Source: an uncultured Lentisphaeraceae bacterium
GTDB lineage: Bacteria > Verrucomicrobiota > Kiritimatiellia > RFP12 > UBA1067
NCBI GenBank assembly: GCA_964480555.1
Contig: CAYZQL010000001.1
Span: 1-51,870, forward strand
Reading direction: 5' to 3'
DNA: 51,870 nt
Shown here piece by piece: positions 28,292 through 37,302 of the stretch. Below the pieces are notes generated by a model. That model was given only the letters and a program-made list of their open reading frames with translations, did not search any database and was not told where the DNA came from. The translations under genes and the position numbers were made by a program. The number at the start of each line of letters is the position of its first letter. Position 1 is the first letter of the stretch.

Positions 28292-29346
28292 GGGTAGATC
28301 CCCGGTCTGTTGAGTCCTGCGGTTTCAGGAAGTCCGAACATCAGGTTCATGTTCTGGAGAGCGGACCCGGCCTGGCCTTTCATCAGATTGTCAATGTGGG
28401 CTACGATACGCAGCCGATTGACGCGCGTGTCAACACTGACCACGAGATTGCAGTAGTTTGTTCCGCGCACATTGAGCGTTCCGATGGCGGCGGTGCTGCC
28501 GTAGACACGTACAAAAGGGCTGTCCTTAAAGAAGTCGCGGTAGAGCGCCACAATGTCGGCTTCTGTCACTGCCGCGCGCGTCAGATTGCCGTACAGTGTG
28601 GAAAGGATGCCGCGACAGACGGGCACGACTTGAGCAGTAAAGGTGATCTTAATGTCGGTGCCAGCTAACAGGCTGAGTTCGCGCTCAACCTCGCAGACAT
28701 GCTGGTGACCGGAGAGCTTGTACGCGTTCATCTGTTCGTAACGGGCGGGGTAGTGATAGGCCGCATTCACTTTTTTCCCGGCTCCTGAAACACCGGTCTT
28801 ACAGTCGCAGATAATGCTGTACGGCTCAACGAGATGATGTTTCACGGCAGGGGCCATGCCGAGAATACAACTGCACGCAAAGCAGCCCGGGTTGCCAACG
28901 ATGTCAGACGTTCGGATCGTTTCACGGTGCAGTTCGGCCAGTCCGTACGCGTTTTTCCCCAACAGGTCCGGAGCGGCGTGTTCGGGCTCCTTGCCGATGC
29001 GCTTGGCATAGTCGGCGTAGGCGTCAGCTGTGGTGAACCGGAAGTCTCCGCTGTAATCGATGATTTTCGCACCTTTGGCCAATTCGCCTTGTGCTGCCGA
29101 CATACCCACCTTGTCCGGCGTCGCGAAAAAAACGACGTCGACGGGTTCGGCCGCATGCGGGTCATCAGTGGCCAGAATGGGCAAATCACAAAACCCGTCC
29201 AAATGGGGATATACTTTGGAAATGGGGACCCCCACGTCTTCGCGTGCGACGAGGGAAACCAGCTTCGCTTCGGGATGCTGCAATACCAATTCGGTGATGC
29301 CGATGCCACCATAACCCGTGGCTCCAACCACTTTGACTCGGATCAT
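28288..29346 (-). CDS. argC: N-acetyl-gamma-glutamyl-phosphate reductase
   Basis: 352 aa. MIRVKVVGATGYGGIGITEL, active-site context GNPGCFACSC, and IDNLMKGQAG. Confidence 0.9.
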   Translation of the reverse strand: MIRVKVVGATGYGGIGITELVLQHPEAKLVSLVAREDVGVPISKVYPHLDGFCDLPILATDDPHAAEPVDVVFFATPDKVGMSAAQGELAKGAKIIDYSGDFRFTTADAYADYAKRIGKEPEHAAPDLLGKNAYGLAELHRETIRTSDIVGNPGCFACSCILGMAPAVKHHLVEPYSIICDCKTGVSGAGKKVNAAYHYPARYEQMNAYKLSGHQHVCEVERELSLLAGTDIKITFTAQVVPVCRGILSTLYGNLTRAAVTEADIVALYRDFFKDSPFVRVYGSTAAIGTLNVRGTNYCNLVVSVDTRVNRLRIVAHIDNLMKGQAGSALQNMNLMFGLPETAGLNRPGIYP

Positions 29347-29498
29347 AGAAAGCCTTTCTTAATGAAAATGAAAGATAACTATACTAAAAAAACGCGGTTG
29401 TTTCAAAAGGTGTCTTTGATGAAATTGTAAAGGGTGCTATGATTTGAACCGATTTGGGATTTCTGTGTCGATGATGCGGATAACGAAACGAGAGGTTT

Positions 29499-31094
29499 AT
29501 GCGTATTGAGTCGTGTGATTTCTTTGTGGTGGGAAGCGGTATCGCCGGCCTGATGAGCGCTTTATATCTGGCGCCGCACGGACGCGTTCTGTTAGTGACC
29601 AAAAAGAAGCTCGATGACTGTAACACCAACCGTGCTCAAGGCGGGATCGCCTGCGTTATGGAGGCGGTTGACAGTTTTGAGCAGCACGTGTCGGATACGC
29701 TAATCGCTGGAGCCGGGCTCTGCAATGAACAAGTGGTGCGGACCGTTGTTTCAGATGGACCTGCGAGGATCGCCGACCTGGAGGCTCTTGGGGTCATGTT
29801 CAATCCACGTGCGGACGGGGTGCCAGGGTACGATCTGGGGCGTGAAGGCGGCCATTCGCAGCGTCGCGTCTTGCATGCGGGTGATATCACAGGACAGCGC
29901 GTTGAATCGGTCTTGGTGGAGCAGATCCTCAGAAACCCCAATATCCAGACACTCGAGTACACCATGGTGATCGATCTGATCACAACGCGCTGGCTGAAGC
30001 AGTCAGGCGAAAACCGCTGTGTAGGCGCGTACGTGCATGACCAAACCACCGGAGAGATCTACGCCGTGCGCGCAGCGAACACGGTTTTGGCAACCGGCGG
30101 GTGCGGCAAGGTTTATCTGTACACCTGCAATCCCGATATTGCGACCGGAGATGGTATTGCGCTCGCATGGCGTGCCGGTGCAGCTGTTGCCAACATGGAG
30201 TTCATCCAATTTCATCCCACGTGCCTTTATCATCCGCAGGCCAAGCGTTTCCTCATCAGCGAGGCCGTACGTGGCGAGGGGGCGGAACTGGTCGATGCCG
30301 AGGGGCGTCCGTTCATGAAGAAATACGATGCCCGTGGCGCACTAGCCCCTCGCGATGTGGTTGCGCGGGCGATCGATACGGAAATGAAGCGCACGGGCGC
30401 AGCGTACTGCTGCCTTGATATCCGTCACAAGTCAGAGGCCTTTCTGAAGGCACGGTTCCCCAATATTTATGAGACCTGCTTCAGGTTTGGAATCGATATG
30501 GCGAAAGACCTGATTCCCATCGTGCCTTCTGCGCACTATTGTTGTGGCGGGGTAAAGGCCACCGTCGACGGGGTGACCTCTCTCCCCGGTCTTTATGCTG
30601 TCGGCGAGACCGCGTGTACGGGACTGCATGGTGCCAATCGTCTTGCCAGCAACTCTTTGCTGGAGGCTTTGGTGTGCGCCTATGAAACGGCGAGACGACT
30701 TATTAGCGATCCGCAAAGACTACCCGAACCGCTGCGCATACCCGACTGGCAGTATGGAACGGCTGTCGCCAGCGACGAGGCCGTCATGGTGGCACACAAC
30801 TGGATGGAAGTCCGCACATGCATGTGGGACTACGTGGGTATCGTGCGCACCGATAAGCGCCTTGCTCGCGCCCGTAACCGCATTCGTAACCTGCGTCGCG
30901 AAATCCGCGAGTATTATTTCGACTATTTGGTCACCCCCGACACGCTGGAACTTCGTAATCTCGCGTTGGTCGGAGAACTGATCGTTCGCAGTGCGTTGCG
31001 TCGAAAAGAGAGCCGCGGCCTGCACTACACGCTTGATTATCCCGACACCAAACGCATCGCCCGCGATACGGTATTGCCAGGACGGAACGGCTAG
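29499..31094 (+). CDS. nadB: L-aspartate oxidase
   Basis: 531 aa. FAD fold DFFVVGSGIAGL, RAQGGIA, QFHPT, and GLYAVGETACTGLHGANRLASNSL. Confidence 0.9.
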   Translation: MRIESCDFFVVGSGIAGLMSALYLAPHGRVLLVTKKKLDDCNTNRAQGGIACVMEAVDSFEQHVSDTLIAGAGLCNEQVVRTVVSDGPARIADLEALGVMFNPRADGVPGYDLGREGGHSQRRVLHAGDITGQRVESVLVEQILRNPNIQTLEYTMVIDLITTRWLKQSGENRCVGAYVHDQTTGEIYAVRAANTVLATGGCGKVYLYTCNPDIATGDGIALAWRAGAAVANMEFIQFHPTCLYHPQAKRFLISEAVRGEGAELVDAEGRPFMKKYDARGALAPRDVVARAIDTEMKRTGAAYCCLDIRHKSEAFLKARFPNIYETCFRFGIDMAKDLIPIVPSAHYCCGGVKATVDGVTSLPGLYAVGETACTGLHGANRLASNSLLEALVCAYETARRLISDPQRLPEPLRIPDWQYGTAVASDEAVMVAHNWMEVRTCMWDYVGIVRTDKRLARARNRIRNLRREIREYYFDYLVTPDTLELRNLALVGELIVRSALRRKESRGLHYTLDYPDTKRIARDTVLPGRNG

Positions 31095-31114
31095 ACTGTT
31101 CATGCAGGGGGGGT

Positions 31115-32191
31115 ATGCAGACAAGCGACTTCGATTACTCATTGCCGACCGAACTCATCGCGCAGGAGCCGCCCGCCGAGCGGGGATCCTCGCGCATGAT
31201 GGTGTTGCACCGTGCGGACGGAAGGATTGAACACCGCGGCGTCTCTGATCTGCCGGAGTATCTGACGGCAGACGACCTTTTGATCCTCAACGACACACGC
31301 GTTTTCCCCGCCCGCCTGCAAGGTTTCTGGTCAGATACGCGAGGGGCGCTCGAACTGTTGTTGCTTGAGCCTTTAACGCTACCCGCTCATGCGGAAGGAG
31401 CACCTGAAATGGCCTGCTGGTCGTGTGTCAGTGGCTCGGGAAGGCGCGTCAGAACGGGACAACGGGCGTCCTTTGCAGACGGGCGCCTGGATGCGGAGAT
31501 CCTTGAGCGTACGGGCGAGGGGGCCTGCACGGTACTTTTCCGGTCTGCTGTTCCTCTGATGGTCTTGCTCAACCAATATGGCCTGACACCCGTACCGCCT
31601 TACATTCGGCGCGATGGCGATGCATGCCAGGCGCGTCTCGACCGTGAGCGGTATCAGACGATTTTTGCTCGGGAAACCGGCGCTGTCGCTGCACCGACCG
31701 CCGGGCTTCACTTCAATGCGGGACTGTTCGCCGCACTTGAGGCAAAAGGGGTTCGCCATGCGACTGTCACATTGCATGTGGGCCCCGGCACGTTTAAGCC
31801 GGTTAAGACGGACACGGTCGAGGCACACCAGATGGATCCTGAGCGTTACACGATACCACAGGAGACCGCGGATGCGATTGCGGCTTGCCATGCCCATGGT
31901 GGACGGGTCGTGGCAGTGGGCAGCACGAGCGTACGGACCTTGGAAACAGTCGCGATGAATCACGGAGGTCGGATTGTCTCGGCCTCGGGAACCAGTTCTA
32001 TCTACATTTATCCGCCGTACCGTTTTCGGGTGACGGACATGATGCTGACCAACTTTCACTTGCCGAAATCGACTCTGCTGATGATGGTCTCTGCTCTGGC
32101 AGGACGGGATCTGATTTTGGCCGCATATCGACAAGCGGTCGCGGAGCATTACCGGTTTTTCAGTTATGGTGATTGCATGCTGATCGTTTAG
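31115..32191 (+). CDS. queA: S-adenosylmethionine:tRNA ribosyltransferase-isomerase
   Basis: 358 aa. MQTSDFDYSLPTELIAQEP, AAPTAGLHF, VGSTSVRTLE, and FFSYGDCMLI. Confidence 0.9.
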   Translation: MQTSDFDYSLPTELIAQEPPAERGSSRMMVLHRADGRIEHRGVSDLPEYLTADDLLILNDTRVFPARLQGFWSDTRGALELLLLEPLTLPAHAEGAPEMACWSCVSGSGRRVRTGQRASFADGRLDAEILERTGEGACTVLFRSAVPLMVLLNQYGLTPVPPYIRRDGDACQARLDRERYQTIFARETGAVAAPTAGLHFNAGLFAALEAKGVRHATVTLHVGPGTFKPVKTDTVEAHQMDPERYTIPQETADAIAACHAHGGRVVAVGSTSVRTLETVAMNHGGRIVSASGTSSIYIYPPYRFRVTDMMLTNFHLPKSTLLMMVSALAGRDLILAAYRQAVAEHYRFFSYGDCMLIV

Positions 32192-32244
32192 TAACGTCTT
32201 TTGTTTTTGGCGCGTAAGGAACCGTTGCGATAACGGAGGATGGA

Positions 32245-33297
32245 ATGGGTCAGAAAGTCTTGGGCGTTGCAATTCTTGGAACGGGCGCGATTTCGAAGTT
32301 TCATGCTCGGGCTGTGGGGGATACCCCTGGTGCGCGACTGGTAGCCGTTTGCAGCCGCGAGAAAGTGCATGCGCAGGCCTTCGCATCTGAATTCAACTGC
32401 GAGGCGTTTGATTCGCTCGATTCCATGTTGTCTCACCCGAGTGTGGAACTTCTTGTAATCGCAACGCCATCCGGAGCGCATTTGGAAGCGGCTGTGGCGG
32501 CTGCGCGAGCCGGAAAACATGTGCTGTGCGAGAAGCCGCTGGAGGTCTCGCTGGAACGCGTGGATGCGATGATTCAAGCACATCGACAGGCTGGCACACA
32601 ACTCGGATGTATTTTTCAAATCCGTTATACAAAGGCTTTGGAGCCGATCCGCTGCGCTTTGCGCGAGGGACGTTTCGGAACCCTCACCTATGCGGGCGTG
32701 TATGTTCCCTGGTGGCGGAGTGACGAGTATTATTATGCATCGTCATGGCATGGCACCCGGAAACTTGATGGGGGAGGGGCACTCATGAATCAGGCGATCC
32801 ACATGATTGATTTGTTATGCGACGTTATGCCGCCGGTCGAATCCGTCTCTGCGTATACCTCTTCGATCGGGCATCCGGGAATCGAAACGGAAGATGCGGC
32901 AACCGCGGCGCTTCAATTCCGTGGTGGCGCAGTGGGGGTGATATACGGTTCAACATCCTCGTGGCCAGGCCAGGCCAAACGGTTGGAGATTAGCGGAACT
33001 GGGGGCACAGCAGTCCTTGTCGATGATAGACTTTCCGTTTTCGACTTCCGTGACCGACGACCCAGCGACGAACTCATTGCGGTAAGGGACCGGGACGTGG
33101 GATGTCAGACTGCGCACGGCGCAACCAATCCGGTGGCCATGACGCATGCTTTACATTCGGAGTGTTTTGAGGACTTTGTGAATTCTTTGCAGCGTGGCAT
33201 TCCGTTTCAAAGTGATGGCTCATCAGCACGAAGAGCGGTTGCAGTCATTGAAGCCATTTATAAATCAGCCACGACGGGTGAAAGGGTACGTCTGTAA
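32245..33297 (+). CDS. Gfo/Idh/MocA-family NAD(P)-dependent oxidoreductase
   Basis: 350 aa. Rossmann start LGVAILGTGAISKFH and the EKP motif in HVLCEKPLE. Confidence 0.8.
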   Translation: MGQKVLGVAILGTGAISKFHARAVGDTPGARLVAVCSREKVHAQAFASEFNCEAFDSLDSMLSHPSVELLVIATPSGAHLEAAVAAARAGKHVLCEKPLEVSLERVDAMIQAHRQAGTQLGCIFQIRYTKALEPIRCALREGRFGTLTYAGVYVPWWRSDEYYYASSWHGTRKLDGGGALMNQAIHMIDLLCDVMPPVESVSAYTSSIGHPGIETEDAATAALQFRGGAVGVIYGSTSSWPGQAKRLEISGTGGTAVLVDDRLSVFDFRDRRPSDELIAVRDRDVGCQTAHGATNPVAMTHALHSECFEDFVNSLQRGIPFQSDGSSARRAVAVIEAIYKSATTGERVRL

Positions 33298-33441
33298 TCA
33301 GATTGCCATAGATAGAAGCGTATTTCACCCGACAATAACGTCGCATAATATATGTTATGACAAGTAGAGGCAAGAGCTTTCTTCGGTTTTTTCATCCAAT
33401 TTATAACGTAAGGTGTGCTCTTTTGCGGAGATCTGGGACAA

Positions 33442-34365
33442 CTAATTGGTCATCATTCGCTTTAAAGCTTTAACACGCAGAGTGATGTCGGCCGCTGTCA
33501 GCCTCTCAAAGCGGTCCAAACTGAACCCCTCGACGCCGAACGAGGCCACGGCACTCGCGCATACAAGCGCTTCACGCATGACCCCTTCAGTGACGCGGCC
33601 AACATGCGCAAGGTACCCCATAAATGCGCCTGCATAGGAGTCCCCCGCACCGGTCGGATCAATAAGTTTACGCACCGGATATGCCGGCACAATAAAAATG
33701 CCTTTTCTCGAAAACAGCAAGGCACCGTGCTCGCCCTTCTTGATAACGACAAACCGGGGACCCATCTTCAGGATCACATCCGCGCAGTCACACAGATTCC
33801 ACTTGTCGGTCAACATCCGCGCTTCGCCGTCATTGAGCATCAACAGATCCACACGTCGGATAACCTTCCGCAAGGCGGGCTTGGCAATCTCGATCCAGAG
33901 ATTCATGGTGTCGAGCGCTACGAATTTCGGTCCCACGGCTTGATTGAGCACATGCAACTGCAGTTCGGGCTGTATGTTTCCCAACAGCACGAAAGGCGCC
34001 CGCATGAATGAGGCTGGCAACTTCGGCATGAACTCGGCAAAAACTCCCAATTCGGTCATCAGCGTCGTCCGTTCAATCATGTTGTCGTCATATTTGCACG
34101 CCCACCGGAAGGTCGGTCCTTCTTTGCGCTGAACCCCCTGCAGATCGATCCCGAAAGACTGCCAACGCTCGTCAAACGAGATCGGAAAGTCACTTCCAAC
34201 CACCCCCACCGCACCCGTCTTGGCAAAAAAGGACGAAGCGACCGTGCTGAAAGGCAATGACCCCCCCATCAGGTTTTTCCGACCAGCTGTGCGCGTCATA
34301 ATGTCATCAATACCGATCGACCCCACCATCCACACTTTAACTGCTGCGCGTTCAACTCGTTTCAT
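33442..34365 (-). CDS. PfkB-family carbohydrate/nucleoside kinase
   Basis: 307 aa. Anion-hole motif DPTGAGDSYAGAF near the C-terminus, plus LMLNDGEA. Confidence 0.8.
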   Translation of the reverse strand: MKRVERAAVKVWMVGSIGIDDIMTRTAGRKNLMGGSLPFSTVASSFFAKTGAVGVVGSDFPISFDERWQSFGIDLQGVQRKEGPTFRWACKYDDNMIERTTLMTELGVFAEFMPKLPASFMRAPFVLLGNIQPELQLHVLNQAVGPKFVALDTMNLWIEIAKPALRKVIRRVDLLMLNDGEARMLTDKWNLCDCADVILKMGPRFVVIKKGEHGALLFSRKGIFIVPAYPVRKLIDPTGAGDSYAGAFMGYLAHVGRVTEGVMREALVCASAVASFGVEGFSLDRFERLTAADITLRVKALKRMMTN

Positions 34366-34817
34366 TTCGGAGATTCCCTTTTCATTGTTTCAACATAACG
34401 CAAGAGGCCATCCACGGCTAAAAGATAACCATAGCCGCCAAACCCCATCACCTGCCCGACGCACACTGGAGCAGTCAAACTCTCATGTCGGAACGGATCA
34501 CGTTTATGCGTGTTCGAGAGGTGAACCTCGACGGCAGGTAATCCGCACGCCGCGATCGCATCGCGAATGGCCACACTCGTGTGCGTGTAAGCGGCCGGGT
34601 TAATGACGATTCCGTCATACCTTCCGCAGGCCGCTCCGATCACGGCGACCAACTCCCCTTCCACATCGCTTTGAAACGTCTCGACATGTACCCCTTTTTC
34701 GGCGGCATACGCAGTCACTTTCTGCATGATATCTGACAACGTCTCAAATCCGTAAATCGCAGGCTCTCGGGTTCCAAGCCGTTTAAGATTCGGGCCATTC
34801 ACCACTAACATGTTCAT
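34362..34817 (-). CDS. aroQ: Type II 3-dehydroquinate dehydratase
   Basis: The ORF opens at 34844, but ATG 34817 follows a GGGAGG RBS by 6 nt. Motifs MNMLVVNGPNLKRLGTREP, NPAAYTHTSVAIRDA, and VEVHLSN. Confidence 0.9.
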   Translation of the reverse strand: MNMLVVNGPNLKRLGTREPAIYGFETLSDIMQKVTAYAAEKGVHVETFQSDVEGELVAVIGAACGRYDGIVINPAAYTHTSVAIRDAIAACGLPAVEVHLSNTHKRDPFRHESLTAPVCVGQVMGFGGYGYLLAVDGLLRYVETMKRESPK

Positions 34818-35667
34818 ACTGAACCTCCCGGTCTGATTCCTCACACTTCACGGCACGTACGACGGTGATTGCATCAGAGGACACGGTTAAAAAACGTCCG
34901 TCTCGCGTTCTAACGGTCAACCGTCTGCGCATCACATCGCGTCCAATCACAAGCCCTTCAACGTCTTCATACTCACGACACGTTACAATACTGCCGTGCT
35001 CCGGCAAATGCTCACCCGCAATCCGATACTGTTCGTATTCGAACCGCAGACAGCACTTCAGCCTTCCGCAACTCCCGTTGATCGAAACAGGATTGAGCGA
35101 CATCTCCTGCGATTTCGCCATGCGCACATTCACAGGCTGAAATTGATGTTGCCAGGAACAGCAGCATACAGCACGCCCGCATGGCCCGAGGCATCCAATT
35201 AACGCAGCCTCATCGCGAACACCCACCTGCCACAAATCCACATGAGTCTTGAAATCGCGTTGTAACTGTCCCACAAAGCGGCGCAAGTCGACCGGCACTT
35301 GTGCCGAATAGCGGATAAAGAACTTATCCCTGCCGTATGAGAAACGCGTGTGCAACAGCTTAACATGGCCTTTCTCGTGACTGACCGAAAGCAAGAACGC
35401 CTGCTTCGCTTTCTCGCCCAATTCCACGTTTTCCACAATTCGCTTCTCATCGTCAGCCACTTGCTTGCGCACGACACGGAAAGCGGGGACTTTTTCCTCG
35501 CTGCCTGCACTCTCATTAATGCCGAACAGGTCGAGCGCGACGCCAGTGTCCATCCCGTAATCCAACTCCACCATGCAGGCATCTCCCGGCAAAAGAGACA
35601 ATGAGGATGCCACTCGACATACAAATACACCCTTTTCAGGCATTCTGATACGTGCGACAGTCAACAT
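34783..35667 (-). CDS. PSP1 domain protein (RicT/YaaT-like)
   Basis: 294 aa. Cys-rich PSP1 C-terminal region (GPCGRAVCCCSW, NGSCGRLKCCLRFE). It lies downstream of tmk-holB, as in Bacillus. Confidence 0.8.
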   Translation of the reverse strand: MLTVARIRMPEKGVFVCRVASSLSLLPGDACMVELDYGMDTGVALDLFGINESAGSEEKVPAFRVVRKQVADDEKRIVENVELGEKAKQAFLLSVSHEKGHVKLLHTRFSYGRDKFFIRYSAQVPVDLRRFVGQLQRDFKTHVDLWQVGVRDEAALIGCLGPCGRAVCCCSWQHQFQPVNVRMAKSQEMSLNPVSINGSCGRLKCCLRFEYEQYRIAGEHLPEHGSIVTCREYEDVEGLVIGRDVMRRRLTVRTRDGRFLTVSSDAITVVRAVKCEESDREVQYEHVSGEWPES

Positions 35668-35675
35668 GATAAATC

Positions 35676-36653
35676 CTATACCACCGCATGGCTTAAACGA
35701 TCCATGGCGTATGCCAGTACGGTCTCCTCCGATAGACTTTTTTCCATCTGCCTCGTCAGCTCTTCAACGGCATTGAGATTATAAATCGCTTTTGCCAATG
35801 TTAGACTGGCAGCACGCTCTTTCAAAACGGGCAATTTGCTGTTGTTGTAAACCAAAGCGTCATCTCCGCCAGCCCGCAATACAAAAAGATCCCGGAACCA
35901 ACGCATCAGAGTGAGCAAAAAATCAGTCCGCATTTCACGATACCGTGCGCTGATTTTCGCATCGAATACATCGTCGTCCTCGTCGATTTTAGCGTCAACT
36001 TTACTTTCGTCGGCCACCAGCCGCGCGGCTCGGTCCTTGATGTCGGTCAGAACTGAAAACAGAATGTTGGACATTGCCAAGTTTTCAAGCGGATGCCCCC
36101 AGAGTGGACTTGCCAAAGTCTCGATGACCCGGCTCTTCCACGGTTCATCCAATTCGCGAATCTCGGCCAAGTCAATCCGCTGGCACCGCGACAGAATGGT
36201 AGGCAACAATTGTTGTGGCGTATCGGAAAGCAAAAGAAAGAGGGTCTTTGCCGGCGGCTCTTCCAGCGTTTTGAGAAAAGCATTGGCCGAGGCGTCATTG
36301 AGCCGATCCGCGCCCACGAGAACGCCCACTTTCCAGCCGCCAGCAAACGCGGTTTGTGTCACTTCGTGGATGAGTGTATCGCGGATCTGGTCGGCGCTGA
36401 TAATTCGCGACTTCTTCTCAGGGAAGATCCAATGGATATCGGTCTCAATACGTTCGGTTACCCGCCGACACCCGTCGCAACTTCCACACGGCTTATCCTT
36501 ATCAGCTTGGCAAAAGAGCGTCTGCAGAATACGCAACGCAAGTTCCATCGCTGCGCCGCGAACGGGCCCGACTATCAGATAACCATGCGCCGGGCGCCCT
36601 GTGGCAATAGCCCGTTTCACCATTTGGAAAGTGTCGTCTACGCGCATCAGCAA
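35676..36653 (-). CDS. holB: DNA polymerase III delta-prime subunit
   Basis: 325 aa. HGYLIVGPVRGAA, a Zn-module-like CGSCDGCRR, NAFLKTLEEPP, and TILSRCQ. Confidence 0.85.
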   Translation of the reverse strand: MLMRVDDTFQMVKRAIATGRPAHGYLIVGPVRGAAMELALRILQTLFCQADKDKPCGSCDGCRRVTERIETDIHWIFPEKKSRIISADQIRDTLIHEVTQTAFAGGWKVGVLVGADRLNDASANAFLKTLEEPPAKTLFLLLSDTPQQLLPTILSRCQRIDLAEIRELDEPWKSRVIETLASPLWGHPLENLAMSNILFSVLTDIKDRAARLVADESKVDAKIDEDDDVFDAKISARYREMRTDFLLTLMRWFRDLFVLRAGGDDALVYNNSKLPVLKERAASLTLAKAIYNLNAVEELTRQMEKSLSEETVLAYAMDRLSHAVV

Positions 36654-37300
36654 TTACCCCCCATCAGCCGTAGAACAACGGCCGCGCGGATGTCTGCCGC
36701 AACCGGGTCTCGATCACCTTCTGTCGACAACACAACGAAACGCGCCGGCTCTTGTCGGGCCAGTTCTAAAAAACCGTTTCTGAGACGAACATGGAACGCG
36801 TCAGACTCGCGCTCGATACGGTCAGGCGAAGCGGAGGTCTGTGACTGCCGTGCCTGTAACCTTGCCCGGCTGGTTTCTGGGGAGACGTCCAATACCAGGG
36901 TCAGATCTGGCTTCAGTCCGTGCGTTGCAAAACGATTCACTGCCCGAAGCTCGTCTAAGTCGAACCCGCGTCCGTAGCCCTGGTACGCGAATGTCGAGTC
37001 TTCAAACCGGTCGCATAAAACCCAAGCGCCGCGCTCAAGTGCGGGGCAAATAAGCCGATCAACATGTTGGGCGCGACTCGCAAGGAACAGCAGCACTTCG
37101 GTTCGCGCCATAGGTTCTTCGCCCGCCCCATTGTGTTGCAACAGACCACGGATCGCTTCGCCGGTTGGCGTGCCTCCAGGTTCGCGTGTGAGCAACACCT
37201 CGATGCCCCGCTCCCTCAGGAAACCGGACAAAAGACGAATATGCGTGGACTTTCCGCTACCTTCGGGCCCCTCAAAAGTAATAAACTTCCCTTTTGACAT
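36647..37300 (-). CDS. tmk: Thymidylate kinase
   Basis: 217 aa. P-loop FITFEGPEGSGKST, TREPGGT, and the DRF motif in LCDRFEDST. Confidence 0.9.
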   Translation of the reverse strand: MSKGKFITFEGPEGSGKSTHIRLLSGFLRERGIEVLLTREPGGTPTGEAIRGLLQHNGAGEEPMARTEVLLFLASRAQHVDRLICPALERGAWVLCDRFEDSTFAYQGYGRGFDLDELRAVNRFATHGLKPDLTLVLDVSPETSRARLQARQSQTSASPDRIERESDAFHVRLRNGFLELARQEPARFVVLSTEGDRDPVAADIRAAVVLRLMGGNC

Positions 37301-37302
37301 AA

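Noticed and set aside
28917-28929. 13-mer CGTTTCACGGTGC present both in argC (about 28917) and in mcsA (about 46951).
   Set aside because: Both copies are inside coding regions. Dozens of shared 13-mers are expected by chance in a 52-kb window read on both strands.
29347-29498. Possible ArgR (ARG box) site in the AT-rich argC/nadB divergent region (TAATGAAAATGAAAGAT).
   Set aside because: It is not palindromic and matches the TGAAT-N4-ATTCA consensus poorly. I cannot tell it apart from generic AT-rich promoter DNA.
31379-32386. 335-aa ORF antisense to queA. Similar antisense ORFs occur at 36093..36977, 44393..45229, 11745..12545 and 51222..51863.
   Set aside because: Same reasoning: they are shadow ORFs opposite well-supported genes (queA, holB/tmk, clpC, GT2, DEAD-box helicase).
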